Source: an uncultured delta proteobacterium (lineage in GTDB: Bacteria > Myxococcota_A > UBA9160 > UBA4427). From it: a stretch of DNA of 64,000 nt. This document shows positions 41,987 to 51,679 of this stretch, one piece after another. The position numbers and the translations under genes were made by a program. Numbering within the stretch: position 1 is the stretch's first letter; the number at the start of each line of letters is the position of its first letter. The stretch lies in NCBI GenBank assembly GCA_963822965.1, contig CAWGJT010000012.1, positions 224,001 through 288,000 of the forward strand, in the 5' to 3' direction. Under the pieces are notes generated by a model. That model had not been told where the DNA came from. It saw only the letters and a program-made list of their open reading frames with translations, and did no database searches.

Positions 41987-43213
41987 TCAGCAGGGCTCGT
42001 CCCCCACCGCGTCCGGCCGCGGACCGACGACCCCCGCCCGGCGAAGGCTCTCGATCTCGTCGGGGGAGAGCCCCAGCTGCAGCAGGATCTCGTCGCTGTG
42101 CTCTCCGTGCAGGGGCGGCGCCCGCCGGATGGCGCCGGGCGTGCGGGACAGCTTCACGGGCAGGCCCGTGGTCCGGAAGGTTCCCAGCTCCGGGTGCGGC
42201 AGCTCGACGAGCATCTCGCGAGCCAGCACCTGGGGATCGCTGAACACCTGGCCCACGTCGAGGACGGGACCGCACGGCACCCCGGCGTCGTTGAGACGGG
42301 CCACCCAGGGCTCGACGTCGGCGCCCGCCAGCGCCCCCTCGATCTCCGCGGTCAACGCGTCCCGGTTGCGCAGCCGCTCGACGGGACCCCGGAAGCGCTC
42401 GTCGTCCTTCCACGCCGGGCACCCCAGCGCGTCGGCCAGCTTCCGCCACATGGCCTCGTTGCCCGCGGCGATGTTCAGGAAGCCGTCGCGCGCCCGGAAG
42501 CGGCCGTAGGGGGAGGAGAGCGGATGGTGCTGGCCGGCCGGCCCCGGCACCGCGCCGCTCTCGAAGAACATTCCGGCACCCCACGACAGGACCCCGACCA
42601 TCGCCTCGAGCAGGGAGGTGTCGACGACCTGGCCCCGGCCCGTTCGCTCGCGCGCGAGCAGCGCCAGCTGGATGCCGTGGGCGGCGAAGATGCCCCCGAG
42701 CAGGTCGCCGATGGCGATGCCCGCCCGCGTGGGCCCGCTCTCGGCCGTCCCCGTCAGGCTCATGAAGCCGCTCATGCCCTGGGCGATCTGGTCGAACCCG
42801 GGTCGCTCGCGATACGGACCCTCGGCGCCGAAGCCCGAGATGCCGCAGTAGACGAGCCCCGGGTGGCGGGCGGTCAGCCGGTCCGCCCCCAGCCCGAGGC
42901 GCTGCATCACGCCGGGCCGGAAGTTCTCGATCAGCACGTCGAAGCCCGGCAGCAGGCGCTCGAAGATGCGACGTCCGGCGGGCTCGCGGATGTCGAGGCT
43001 CAAGGAGCGCTTGTTGCGGTTGCTCGACAGGAAGAAGTAGCTGTCGCGGCGGGCGCCCGGCGGCCGGAACTCCCGGCCTTCCGGCGACTCCACCTTCACC
43101 ACGTCGGCGCCGTAGTCGGCGAGCAGCATGGACGCGAAGGGCCCCGCCAGGTAGCGGGTGAGGTCCAGGACGCGGATGCCTTCGAGGGGCGGCACCGAGG
43201 CTTCGGCGACCAT
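41987..43213 (-). CDS. CaiB/BaiF family III CoA-transferase
   Basis: LDLTRYLAGP, NRNKRS, ENFRPG, ISGFG..GPY..RPGFD, PPLHGEH. Confidence 0.94.
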   Translation of the reverse strand: MVAEASVPPLEGIRVLDLTRYLAGPFASMLLADYGADVVKVESPEGREFRPPGARRDSYFFLSSNRNKRSLSLDIREPAGRRIFERLLPGFDVLIENFRPGVMQRLGLGADRLTARHPGLVYCGISGFGAEGPYRERPGFDQIAQGMSGFMSLTGTAESGPTRAGIAIGDLLGGIFAAHGIQLALLARERTGRGQVVDTSLLEAMVGVLSWGAGMFFESGAVPGPAGQHHPLSSPYGRFRARDGFLNIAAGNEAMWRKLADALGCPAWKDDERFRGPVERLRNRDALTAEIEGALAGADVEPWVARLNDAGVPCGPVLDVGQVFSDPQVLAREMLVELPHPELGTFRTTGLPVKLSRTPGAIRRAPPLHGEHSDEILLQLGLSPDEIESLRRAGVVGPRPDAVGDEPC

Positions 43214-43220
43214 GCGGTGT

Positions 43221-44012
43221 TCAGCGCCCCTGGAAGCGCGGGCGACGCTTCCCGAGGAAGGCGCTCACGCCTTCGGCGTAGTCGTCGCTCTCGTAGCAGT
43301 CTTCGATCGAGCGCTCGATGGCCTCGTGATCGCGGCGGGACACCTCCCGGGAGAGCTCGGAGAAGACCCGCTTGGCGCTCCGCAGGGTGAGGGGGGCGTT
43401 CTCCGCGATGCCCAGGGCGATCCGGCGCACCTCTGCGTCGAGCTCGGCCTTCGGGAAGACGCGGTTGACGAGGCCCATGTGCCGGGCCTCCTGGGCGTCG
43501 AAGCGGCGTCCGGTGAAGAAGATCTCCTTGGCTGCCGGCCGGCCGACGGTGGCGACCAGCGCTTCGATGCCGCCGGCGCTGTAGCCCAGTCCCAGACGAG
43601 CGGCGGGAATCGCGAAGACGGCGTCGTCGGCCGCGTAGCGCAGGTCGGCGGTCAGGGCGATCGCGCAGCCGCCTCCCACGCAGAAGCCGTGCACCAGCGC
43701 GATCACCGGCTTGCGGATACCGGAGATCGCGGCGAAGGCGCGGGCGTTCTGGGCGTCGTAGTCGGCGGCGCCCTGCCCCGTCCGGCGCGACGAGAACTCC
43801 GAGATGTCCGCGCCGGAGACGAAGGCCACGTCCCCCGCACCGCGGAGCAGGACGACGCGCACGGCATCGTCCCGGTCGAGCGCGTGCGCCGCTTCGGGAA
43901 GCGCCTGCCACATCTCTGCCGTGACGGCGTTGCGCCGCTCGGGGTGGTCGAACACGATCCAGCCGAGGGGTCCCTCGCGTTCGACGCGGATGCTGCCCGG
44001 CGCTGCTGCCAT
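43221..44012 (-). CDS. Enoyl-CoA hydratase/isomerase
   Basis: AFVSGADISEF, KPVIA.VHGFCVGGG, IPAARLGLGY, KRRPRFQGR. Confidence 0.94.
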   Translation of the reverse strand: MAAAPGSIRVEREGPLGWIVFDHPERRNAVTAEMWQALPEAAHALDRDDAVRVVLLRGAGDVAFVSGADISEFSSRRTGQGAADYDAQNARAFAAISGIRKPVIALVHGFCVGGGCAIALTADLRYAADDAVFAIPAARLGLGYSAGGIEALVATVGRPAAKEIFFTGRRFDAQEARHMGLVNRVFPKAELDAEVRRIALGIAENAPLTLRSAKRVFSELSREVSRRDHEAIERSIEDCYESDDYAEGVSAFLGKRRPRFQGR

Positions 44013-44021
44013 GCGTCGAGC

Positions 44022-45548
44022 CTACCCCAGCCCCGCCGCCACGGACGCTCCGGTGCGAGGCCGCGTCACCCGGGAAAGGGCGGCCAGCAGGGCGCGCGCC
44101 TTGTCGAGGGTCTCCCGGTACTCGGCCACCGGATCCGAATCCGCGACGATGCCGCCGCCCACGTGGAGGCAGGCGCGCTCGTCCACCACCAGCAGCGTGC
44201 GGATGACGACCGAGAGATCGAGCCCACCCCGAACGTCGAGATAGCCGAGAGCGCCCGAGTAGACCCCCCGCCGCAGGGGCTCCAGGCGGTCGATGAGCTT
44301 CATGGCCGCGAGCTTGGGCGCACCCGTCATCGAGCCCGGAGGGAACGCCGCGCGCACCAGATCGATCGCGTCGCACGCCGGTCGCAGGCGGCCGGTCACC
44401 GTCGAGACCATCTGGTGCACCGTCGCATAGGACTCGACGGTCATCAGCTCGGGGACCGCGACGCTTCCCGTCCGGCACACCCGACCGAGATCGTTTCGCA
44501 CGAGGTCGACGATCATCAGGTTCTCGGCCCGGTCCTTCTCGCTCTCGCCGAGCGCTCGCTGCTGCCGGCGATCCTCCGCCGGCGTGCAGCCCCGGGGACG
44601 GGTGCCCTTGATGGGACGGCTCTCGACCCGGCCGGCCGGGTCGAGGCGCAGGAAGCGCTCGGGCGAGCTGCTGAGGATCGCCGCGTCCGGCAGCTCGAGA
44701 TAGGCGGCGAACGGCGCGGGGTTGCACGCGCGCAGCTCGCGGTAGAGGGCGAACGGATCCACGCCCGGGAGCGGAACCTCCATGCGGTGCGTGAGATTCG
44801 CCTGGTAGACGTTGCCCGCGGCGATCTCCTCGAGGATCACGCCCACCGCACGCCCGTAGGACCCTGCGTCGAACGAGGCTTCGAGGCCTTCGGGCGTATC
44901 GACGGGCAGGCCGTCCGCCGCCGCCCGGATTCCTCGCGAGGCCGGAACGACTTCGGAGGCGACGCGGGCCAGCTCGTGCCCGGCGCGGGACGCCCGGCGG
45001 CCGGCCTCGGCGAGACGCCGGCCGAAGCCCAGGCCGATCGCGAAGGCGCGACCCCGCCCGTGATCGATCGCCACCAGCCGGTCGACGAAGAGCAGCGCCA
45101 GGTCCGGCAGGCCCAGGTCGTCGCGTGCGGCGAGCGGGATCGGGTCGATGCGTGCGGCCAGCTCGTAGCCCAGGTAGCCCACCGCTCCCCCCGCGAAGGG
45201 CAGCGCCGCGAGACCGGACGCGTCCGCCGGGCGGGGCGGAAGCAACGAGCGCGCGAGCTCCAGCGGGTCTCCCACGCGGACGCTGCGTCCGGGGGAGAGG
45301 TCGGGACGCACGGGGCGTCGGCAATCCAGCCAGGCCTCCGCGCCCCGGGCCTGCACCACCAGATACGGATCCGCACCGAGGAACGAGAACCCACCCAGGC
45401 GCGGCGTCTCGAGCGCGCTGTCGAGCCACCACGGCCACCCGCCGTCGCGCAGGCGGAGCACCAGGGCAGCAGGATCCGGCACGTGCGGCAGCTCGCGCAC
45501 GTCGACCGCCGTGACGAGAGCTGCCGGGTGGAGGGATTCGGGCGTCAT
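44022..45548 (-). CDS. pabB: Aminodeoxychorismate synthase component I
   Basis: LDSA, GYLGYE, YQANL, SSSPERFL, PIKGT, KDRAENLMIVDLVRNDLG, FPPGSMTGAPK, GGGIVADS. Confidence 0.9.
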   Translation of the reverse strand: MTPESLHPAALVTAVDVRELPHVPDPAALVLRLRDGGWPWWLDSALETPRLGGFSFLGADPYLVVQARGAEAWLDCRRPVRPDLSPGRSVRVGDPLELARSLLPPRPADASGLAALPFAGGAVGYLGYELAARIDPIPLAARDDLGLPDLALLFVDRLVAIDHGRGRAFAIGLGFGRRLAEAGRRASRAGHELARVASEVVPASRGIRAAADGLPVDTPEGLEASFDAGSYGRAVGVILEEIAAGNVYQANLTHRMEVPLPGVDPFALYRELRACNPAPFAAYLELPDAAILSSSPERFLRLDPAGRVESRPIKGTRPRGCTPAEDRRQQRALGESEKDRAENLMIVDLVRNDLGRVCRTGSVAVPELMTVESYATVHQMVSTVTGRLRPACDAIDLVRAAFPPGSMTGAPKLAAMKLIDRLEPLRRGVYSGALGYLDVRGGLDLSVVIRTLLVVDERACLHVGGGIVADSDPVAEYRETLDKARALLAALSRVTRPRTGASVAAGLG

Positions 45549-45613
45549 GCGCGTGACCTTCGCGCGCACGCTACCGCACCCGGGACCCCGTCCCCAGGAA
45601 GCCCGCCGCGGGC

Positions 45614-46573
45614 TCACGTCGCGGGCGGCGAAACCTCGTTGCGCAGGGACTCGCCGCGCACGTAGCGCGTCAGGTTCTCTACGAAGATCGCGCTGGCCCG
45701 ATGCAGGTTGCCCGGCGTCGACCCCGAGCTGTGCGGAGTCACGATCACGTTGGGCAGGGTCCACAGGGGACTCTCGGCGGGCAGGGGCTCGCGCTCGAAG
45801 ACGTCCAGACCGGCACCCCCGAGGTGGCCCTGCTGGAGCGCCTCCACCAGCGCGGACTCATCGACCAGGTCGCCCCGACCCACGTTCACGAGCGTGCTGC
45901 CGGGCTTCAACGTCGCAAGCGCCCGGCGGTCGATCAGCCCCCGGGTCTCGTCGTTCGAGGGCAGCGCCAGCACCAGATCGTCCACGAGGGCGAGCAGCTC
46001 GTGGAGGCGCGAGAGGGGCCAGGTCGTGCAAGGCTCGTCGCCGCGCGGCGTGCGGCGCAGCCCGATCACCTGCATGCCGAAGGCCTGCCCCAGACGGGCC
46101 ACCTCGAGGCCGATGGGACCGAGGCCCACGACGCCCAGGGTGCGCCCCTGCAGATCGACCAGGTCGCGCGGGTTCCAGCGGCGCGCCGCCTGGTCGCCCA
46201 GCCAGCCCGGCAGGTCCCGCGACAGCGCCAGCAGGTACATCATCACGGTCTGCGCGATGGGCACCGCGTGGGCGCCGGAAGACGTGGACACGCGCACGCC
46301 GCGCTCGAGCAGGCGCTGGAAGAACACGTCGTCGACGCCGGCCGAGAAGCTGTGGAGCCAACGCAGGGCGGGCACCTGTCGCAGGGCGAGCAGGAACGGA
46401 CGCATACCCTGGGGATAGAGATCTCCGGAGAAGTACACGACCTCCACGTCGTCGAGCCCAGGGGTCTCCCCCTCGGTCCGCAGCACCACGTGCGGCATTC
46501 CGGGCGCTGCGCGCGATACGCCCTCGCCGTGGAGGTGCTCGACGGTGGCGGTGAGGAGGATCGATCCGGGCAC
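45614..46573 (-). CDS. D-2-hydroxyacid dehydrogenase
   Basis: SAGVD, GLGPIG, VNVGRG, LDVFEREPL, TPHSSG. Confidence 0.94.
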   Translation of the reverse strand: MPGSILLTATVEHLHGEGVSRAAPGMPHVVLRTEGETPGLDDVEVVYFSGDLYPQGMRPFLLALRQVPALRWLHSFSAGVDDVFFQRLLERGVRVSTSSGAHAVPIAQTVMMYLLALSRDLPGWLGDQAARRWNPRDLVDLQGRTLGVVGLGPIGLEVARLGQAFGMQVIGLRRTPRGDEPCTTWPLSRLHELLALVDDLVLALPSNDETRGLIDRRALATLKPGSTLVNVGRGDLVDESALVEALQQGHLGGAGLDVFEREPLPAESPLWTLPNVIVTPHSSGSTPGNLHRASAIFVENLTRYVRGESLRNEVSPPAT

Positions 46574-46628
46574 GGCGCGGCGATGCTACCAGCTTCCGAT
46601 CGCCGACGGCTTCCGGTACCCTCGGTAG

Positions 46629-47492
46629 GTGAATCGCATCTGCTTCTACCACGCCGGCTGTCCCGACGGGTTCGGAGCCGCGTGGGCGGCCCGACGAGCC
46701 TGGGGGGAGCACGCGCGCTACGTGCCCCGCCGCCACGAGAACGGCATCCAGGCCGAGGACTACGCGGACGCCTGGGTGGCGTACGTCGACATCGCCCCGG
46801 ACAACGAAGAGCTGCTCGCCCTGGCGCGGGTCGCCGACCAGGTGACCGTGCTCGACCACCACGTCACCGCCCGCGCGCGATACCTGTGCGAGCCGTCCGT
46901 GGCCAACGAGGTCGAGGAGCTCGGACACGAGATCGTGTACGACCTGAAGCATTCGGGCGCCGTCCTCTCCTGGCGATACTTCTGCCCCGACCAGCCCGTC
47001 CCGGACCTGCTGCGATACGTCGAGGACCAGGATCTCTGGAACTGGGCGCTGCCCGACACCCAGGCGGTGAACGCCGCCATCGGCGCCTACCCGCGGCGCT
47101 TCGACGTGTGGGACGAGCTCGCCAGCCGGCCCGTCGAGGAGCTGGCCCGGGAGGGGAGCGCGATCGTGCGCGCCAACCGCGCCGAGATCGAGCGGGTCGT
47201 CCAGAACACCCATCCGCTACGCGTCGACGGACGCCCGGTCGAGGCGGTGAACGCGACCCAGAACCGGAGCGCGGTGGGTCACGAGCTGGCCGAGCGCAAG
47301 ACCTACGGTGTCGAGTGGAGCTGCGTCTATCGCATCACCGGCGACCGGGTCCACGCCACCCTCTACTCCATCGGCGACGTGGACGTGGGCAGCGTGGCGA
47401 TGCGCTACGGCGGCGGCGGGCACCGCAACGCCGCAGGCTTCAACGTGTCCCTGGCCGAGTGGCTTCGCGACTTCCTGCAGCCAGTGCGATAG
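46629..47492 (+). CDS. DHH/DHHA1 phosphoesterase (NrnB/phage-type)
   Basis: YHAGCPDG, VDI, DHH, HSGA, EDQDLW, GGGGHRNAAGF. Confidence 0.92.
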   Translation: MNRICFYHAGCPDGFGAAWAARRAWGEHARYVPRRHENGIQAEDYADAWVAYVDIAPDNEELLALARVADQVTVLDHHVTARARYLCEPSVANEVEELGHEIVYDLKHSGAVLSWRYFCPDQPVPDLLRYVEDQDLWNWALPDTQAVNAAIGAYPRRFDVWDELASRPVEELAREGSAIVRANRAEIERVVQNTHPLRVDGRPVEAVNATQNRSAVGHELAERKTYGVEWSCVYRITGDRVHATLYSIGDVDVGSVAMRYGGGGHRNAAGFNVSLAEWLRDFLQPVR

Positions 47493-47562
47493 CGCCGCAG
47501 CTCCCGAAAGCGCCGCAGCTCCCGAAAGCGCCGCAGCTCCCGGAAGCGCCGCGGCTTCCCAA
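47491..47562. repeat. 18-bp tandem repeat (AGCGCCGCAGCTCCCGAA) x4, degenerating 3'
   Basis: Units at 47491, 47509, 47527 and 47545. Confidence 0.93.
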
Positions 47563-47573
47563 GAGAGAGCAGG

Positions 47574-48539
47574 CTACCCGCGTTGCCAGCCCGAGTCCTC
47601 GTTCGCGAACGGGAAGAGCAGCACCACCGAGGTGCCGTCCGGAAGCGAGCTCTCGAGGCGCAGCTCGCCCCCCATCGCGCGCACCCCCGCCTCCGCGTCC
47701 GCATAGCGAACCGCGGGCGCGGGCAGGCTCGCCGTGAGGAAGGGCTCGCGCACGGGCGCCACTGCCGTCCCCGACGGTCGCCCCCCCGTGTCGTGGATCT
47801 CGAGGAAGACCCACTGCCCCGGCGGCAGGCCCTGCCACAGGTTTGCGGCGTGGATCGGTCCGTCCCCCTGGCCCAGGATGCCGGTCCACAGGGTGATGGT
47901 CCCCCAGCCCGCACCGATGCTCTCCCTCGCGCGCGCGATCGCACGATCGATCAGGCTCTCGACGCGCTGCGGGTCGGCGAGCACCAGCGGTAGCGCGGGC
48001 TCCAGGCAGGGATCGAAGTCGACGGTGTCCATGAGCGCGTCGCGCTGACGCCGCATGGCTCGGGCCGCCACGGCGCTCAGGTCGACCTCCGCGAGGGCGG
48101 CCTCGCCGCGGGCGCGCCGGCGCTCGCTGATGTCGGTCGCGGTGGCGATGAAGTCCGACACCTCGCCCCGGGCGTCGAAGAGCGGCTCCACCCGCAGCTC
48201 GATCCACAGCTCCGCCCGTCCGGGCGGTGTGAGCGGAATCTCGAGCTCGCACACCCGACCCTGGCGGAAGCAGGCCGCGACGAACTCCACGACGCCCGGG
48301 TCGATGTCCACGTCTCCCAGGAAGCCGTAGACGGGCTTCGAGATGGACTCGTGCAGCGCGTAGCCGGTGACCCGCGTCCAGGCGTCATTCGCCCACTCGA
48401 TCGTACCCGCGCGGTTGCCCACGACGATGGCGCGCTCGCTCTGGCTGGCTCCCGAGGCGAGCTTCCGGAGCGTCGATTCGGGAACGGGCGGTGCGAGCGC
48501 CGGGCCCGGGCTCCTGGACGATCTCGAAGAGAAGGACAT
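47574..48539 (-). CDS. PAS domain protein with degenerate HATPase-like domain (pseudo-kinase)
   Basis: PAS-PAC (WANDAWTRVTGY...ATDISERRR), then HDTG and EPFLT; no H-box, N-box or G2. Confidence 0.8.
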   Translation of the reverse strand: MSFSSRSSRSPGPALAPPVPESTLRKLASGASQSERAIVVGNRAGTIEWANDAWTRVTGYALHESISKPVYGFLGDVDIDPGVVEFVAACFRQGRVCELEIPLTPPGRAELWIELRVEPLFDARGEVSDFIATATDISERRRARGEAALAEVDLSAVAARAMRRQRDALMDTVDFDPCLEPALPLVLADPQRVESLIDRAIARARESIGAGWGTITLWTGILGQGDGPIHAANLWQGLPPGQWVFLEIHDTGGRPSGTAVAPVREPFLTASLPAPAVRYADAEAGVRAMGGELRLESSLPDGTSVVLLFPFANEDSGWQRG

Positions 48540-48724
48540 GCGCTGCCTCCAGTGACTTCGATTCGGCTTCGATGCGATCCGGGGGGGCCCGCTCCGAGGT
48601 TAACGCTTCGTCCCCACCTCGCACGCGGCGATCGGACCCGACCCGGGCTCCCGATCAGCGGTATCCTCGCCGGGACGCGCGCGCCCGCAACGGCGCCGCC
48701 GTCGGAGACGAGGAGGAGCCCCCC

Positions 48725-49738
48725 ATGGAGTACACGTACCTCGGCCGAACCGGAATGAAGGTCTCCCGCATCTGCCTGGGATGCATGAGCTACGGCTCGC
48801 CCCGTTGGCGCCCCTGGGTGCTCGACGAGCAGGCGTCGGCGCCGTTCTTCCGGCGCGCCGTCGAGGCAGGCATCAACTTCTTCGACACCGCCGACATGTA
48901 CTCCCTGGGGGCGAGCGAGGAGGTGACAGGACGCTGGCTTCGCGAGTACGCCAACCGGGACGAGATCGTCATCGCCACCAAGGTGTTCTTCCCCTGGAGC
49001 GACAAGCCGAACATGGGAGGCCTGTCACGCAAGCACATCCAGCAGGCCTGCGAAGGCAGCCTGCGTCGCCTGGGCGTGGAGACGATCGACCTCTACCAGA
49101 TCCACCGACTCGATCCCCACACCCCCATCGAGGAGACCCTGGCGGCGTTGGACCTGCTCGTGCAGCAGGGGAAGGTGCGCAGCATCGGCGCCAGCTCGAT
49201 GTACGCCTGGCAGCTCATGAAGGCCCTCTCGATCTCCGACCGGCGGGGGCTCGCGCGCTTCGTCACCATGCAGAACCACTACAACCTCGTGTACCGCGAG
49301 GAAGAGCGCGAGATGATGCCCCTGTGCGAGTCCGAGCACGTGGCCGCCATCCCGTGGTCGCCGCTGGCCCGGGGCCTGCTCGCGGGCACGCGCCAGAAGC
49401 TCGGAGACAAGTCCACGGCGCGCAGCGAGACGGACGGCCTCGATCAGATCCTCTACGACCAGCCCGGCGACTGGGAGGTGGTGGAGGCGGTGAAGAAGGT
49501 GGCCAACGCGCGCGGGGCGAAGCCCGCCCAGGTCGCGCTGGCGTGGCTCCTGCACCGACCCGCCGTCGCCGCGCCCATCGTCGGGGCGACCCAGCTCGCC
49601 CATCTGGACGACGCCATCGCGGCGGTCGAGATCGTCCTCTCCCTGGAGGAAGCGGCCAGCCTGGAGGCGCCCTACCAACCGCATCCGGTGAAGGGTCTCG
49701 CACCGCCGGCGCCGAGCCTGTTCGGATCCACGCGCTGA
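48725..49738 (+). CDS. Aldo/keto reductase
   Basis: LGRTGMKVSRICLGCMSYG, FDTADMYS, IATK, DLYQIHR, PWSPLARG. Confidence 0.96.
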   Translation: MEYTYLGRTGMKVSRICLGCMSYGSPRWRPWVLDEQASAPFFRRAVEAGINFFDTADMYSLGASEEVTGRWLREYANRDEIVIATKVFFPWSDKPNMGGLSRKHIQQACEGSLRRLGVETIDLYQIHRLDPHTPIEETLAALDLLVQQGKVRSIGASSMYAWQLMKALSISDRRGLARFVTMQNHYNLVYREEEREMMPLCESEHVAAIPWSPLARGLLAGTRQKLGDKSTARSETDGLDQILYDQPGDWEVVEAVKKVANARGAKPAQVALAWLLHRPAVAAPIVGATQLAHLDDAIAAVEIVLSLEEAASLEAPYQPHPVKGLAPPAPSLFGSTR

Positions 49739-49784
49739 CCCACGCGCGCCCTCGACGGCGTCGGGTCGGGGAGCCTCCGGCCGG

Positions 49785-49857
49785 CTCCCAAGAGGACAAC
49801 GCTCAGCGTTGTCCTCGGGTTGCCAGTCAGCGCCCTCGCGGGGCGCTGACCGCTCAG
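49785..49857. repeat. Dispersed 73-bp double-hairpin element, copy 2
   Basis: Near-identical to 11326..11398. Confidence 0.9.
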
Positions 49858-50585
49858 ACGATGACGGACTCGAGGGTCAGCTCGAGCTGGTAGAGCTTGA
49901 ACTCGACCGAGTCGGACACGGCGGCGGCCGCATAGCCGAGATCGTCGGGCAGGGAATCCAGCAGCACGATGCCGCGAACCTCCTGACCGGACTTCCCCAG
50001 GTGGCGACGCACCCAGCCCATGCGCTGCAGCAGGTCGCCCACGAGCTCCTTGCCCCGCTCGGCGTCGGCCACCGCCACCACGACCCAGGCGCCGGCGCTG
50101 TCGCGCGCCAGCAGGTCGATCTTGCCCACCGCCGTCGTATAGCCCGCGCCGACGGGATCCCCGTCTTCGCTGTACACCTGCAGGCCGTCCTCGATCAACG
50201 ACGGCTGGTCCACGAGCATGCGCCGGACGTCCTCGGGACGCACCGAGAAGCCGCCTCCCGTCGAGGAATCGCGCGGCGCCGGTGCGGACGCGCGGCGCGG
50301 GGTGGCCGGGCGTCGCTCGCTGCTGCGACGCTCCTCGCCGCTCCGCCGCTCTTCGCCGGCCGCGCGAGCGGCGGAGGCCTTCCGGCCGGGAGCCGACGCC
50401 CCGCGCTGGCTCTGGCTCGCCGAGTCCTCGTCGAGGGACTGGGCGGGCGGCAGCGGATAGCTCTTGCCCTCCGAGCCGCTCGGAGCCGACGAGCCCAGGT
50501 CGCGGGAGGGACGCGCCTTGCGACCGCAGGTCGGGCAGTTCTGGTCTCGCGGAGACAGCTTCGTCTGACAGGACTGGCAGTACAT
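49854..50585 (-). CDS. Zinc-ribbon plus NucS/EndoMS-like PD-(D/E)XK-fold protein, catalytic motif degenerate
   Basis: CQSC..CPTC; low-complexity linker; LIEDGL, GKIDLLARD, MGWVRRHL, VRGIVL. Confidence 0.78.
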   Translation of the reverse strand: MYCQSCQTKLSPRDQNCPTCGRKARPSRDLGSSAPSGSEGKSYPLPPAQSLDEDSASQSQRGASAPGRKASAARAAGEERRSGEERRSSERRPATPRRASAPAPRDSSTGGGFSVRPEDVRRMLVDQPSLIEDGLQVYSEDGDPVGAGYTTAVGKIDLLARDSAGAWVVVAVADAERGKELVGDLLQRMGWVRRHLGKSGQEVRGIVLLDSLPDDLGYAAAAVSDSVEFKLYQLELTLESVIV

Positions 50586-50820
50586 GGCGCTCCACCCGCT
50601 TCCGGACCGGAATGGACCCGGCTTCGCTCCGGGTCATCGGTCGACCGGGCCGTCGGGATTAGCCCTGGATCGACCACTCCCCGACCCGTCGGTTGCGTGG
50701 GGCAACACCCACGCGCGTCAGGTTTTCGCGGCTCCGGACACCGGGATCCGGGCCGCGACACTCCCGGACAGCAGAGTCCGTTCGCTATCGTGGAGCCCCG
50801 GAGGACGTCCGCGAGACGCC

Positions 50821-51612
50821 ATGCCCCGCATCCCCCGCCGTCCCTTCGCCAAACGCCTCAAGAAGCGATTCTCCCGATTCCTGAAGCGGGGCGCCCGGCC
50901 CGCGCTGAACCGCCTGCTCGTCCGCTACTCGAAGATCGGAGACCCGGTGGTCTTCGAGAAGGAGATGTTCCCCTGGACGAAGCTCCTCGAGGCCCACTAC
51001 GAGGAGATCCGCGCGGAGGCCCTTCGCCTGCGGGATCTGCGCGACGCCCTGCCCACGTTCCACGAGGTCTCGCCCTACCAGAAGCGCATCTCGAAGGGGG
51101 ACTCCTGGAAGACCGTCTGGCTGTACGGCTTCGGCCACGACTCCGCGGTGGCCCAGGAGCTGTGTCCCGTCACGACGCGCCTCGTGCGCCAGGTCCCCCA
51201 GCTCCAGAGCGCGCTCTTCTCCATGCTGGCGCCCGGCACCCACATCCCGGCGCACCGGGGCGTCTACAAGGGACTCGTCAACTACCACCTGGGCGTTCTG
51301 GTCCCGCAAGAGTCCGAGAAGTGCCGCATGCAGGTGGGAGACCGGCTGATCGTGTGGCAGCCCGGGCAGAGCTACGTGTTCGACGACACGAACACTCACG
51401 AGGTGTGGAACGAGAGCGACGAGGAGCGGATCGTCCTGTTCCTGCAGTTCCATCGCCCCTTCCGCCTGCCGGGACATCTGCTGAGCAAGCTCTTCCTCTG
51501 GGGGCTGCAGTTCACCCCCTACCTGCGCAAGCCCAGGCAGAACGCCCGGGCCTCGGACGATCGCCTGCGGCGCGCCGCCGAGCAGCGGGGACTCCTGCCC
51601 ACACGAGCTTGA
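50821..51612 (+). CDS. Aspartyl/asparaginyl beta-hydroxylase family (LpxO-like) 2OG dioxygenase
   Basis: FSMLAPGTHIPAHRG, YHLG, FDDT..HEVWN, RIVLF. Confidence 0.92.
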   Translation: MPRIPRRPFAKRLKKRFSRFLKRGARPALNRLLVRYSKIGDPVVFEKEMFPWTKLLEAHYEEIRAEALRLRDLRDALPTFHEVSPYQKRISKGDSWKTVWLYGFGHDSAVAQELCPVTTRLVRQVPQLQSALFSMLAPGTHIPAHRGVYKGLVNYHLGVLVPQESEKCRMQVGDRLIVWQPGQSYVFDDTNTHEVWNESDEERIVLFLQFHRPFRLPGHLLSKLFLWGLQFTPYLRKPRQNARASDDRLRRAAEQRGLLPTRA

Positions 51613-51679
51613 AGGGGCACCGCGTGGGAACACGCGAGGGAGCCGCGTCGAACGCCGGAACGAACAAGGGGGGTGCCCG

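Noticed and set aside
37262..42243. Very long ORFs (1538 aa minus, 1219 aa plus) and similar Arg/Pro/Gly-rich ORFs throughout
   Set aside because: Shadow frames of real high-GC genes (panE, fabF, M14 peptidase); no recognisable domains.
48200..48440. LOV photoreceptor domain
   Set aside because: The PAS domain lacks the GRNCRFLQ cysteine motif (reads SKPVYGFLG).
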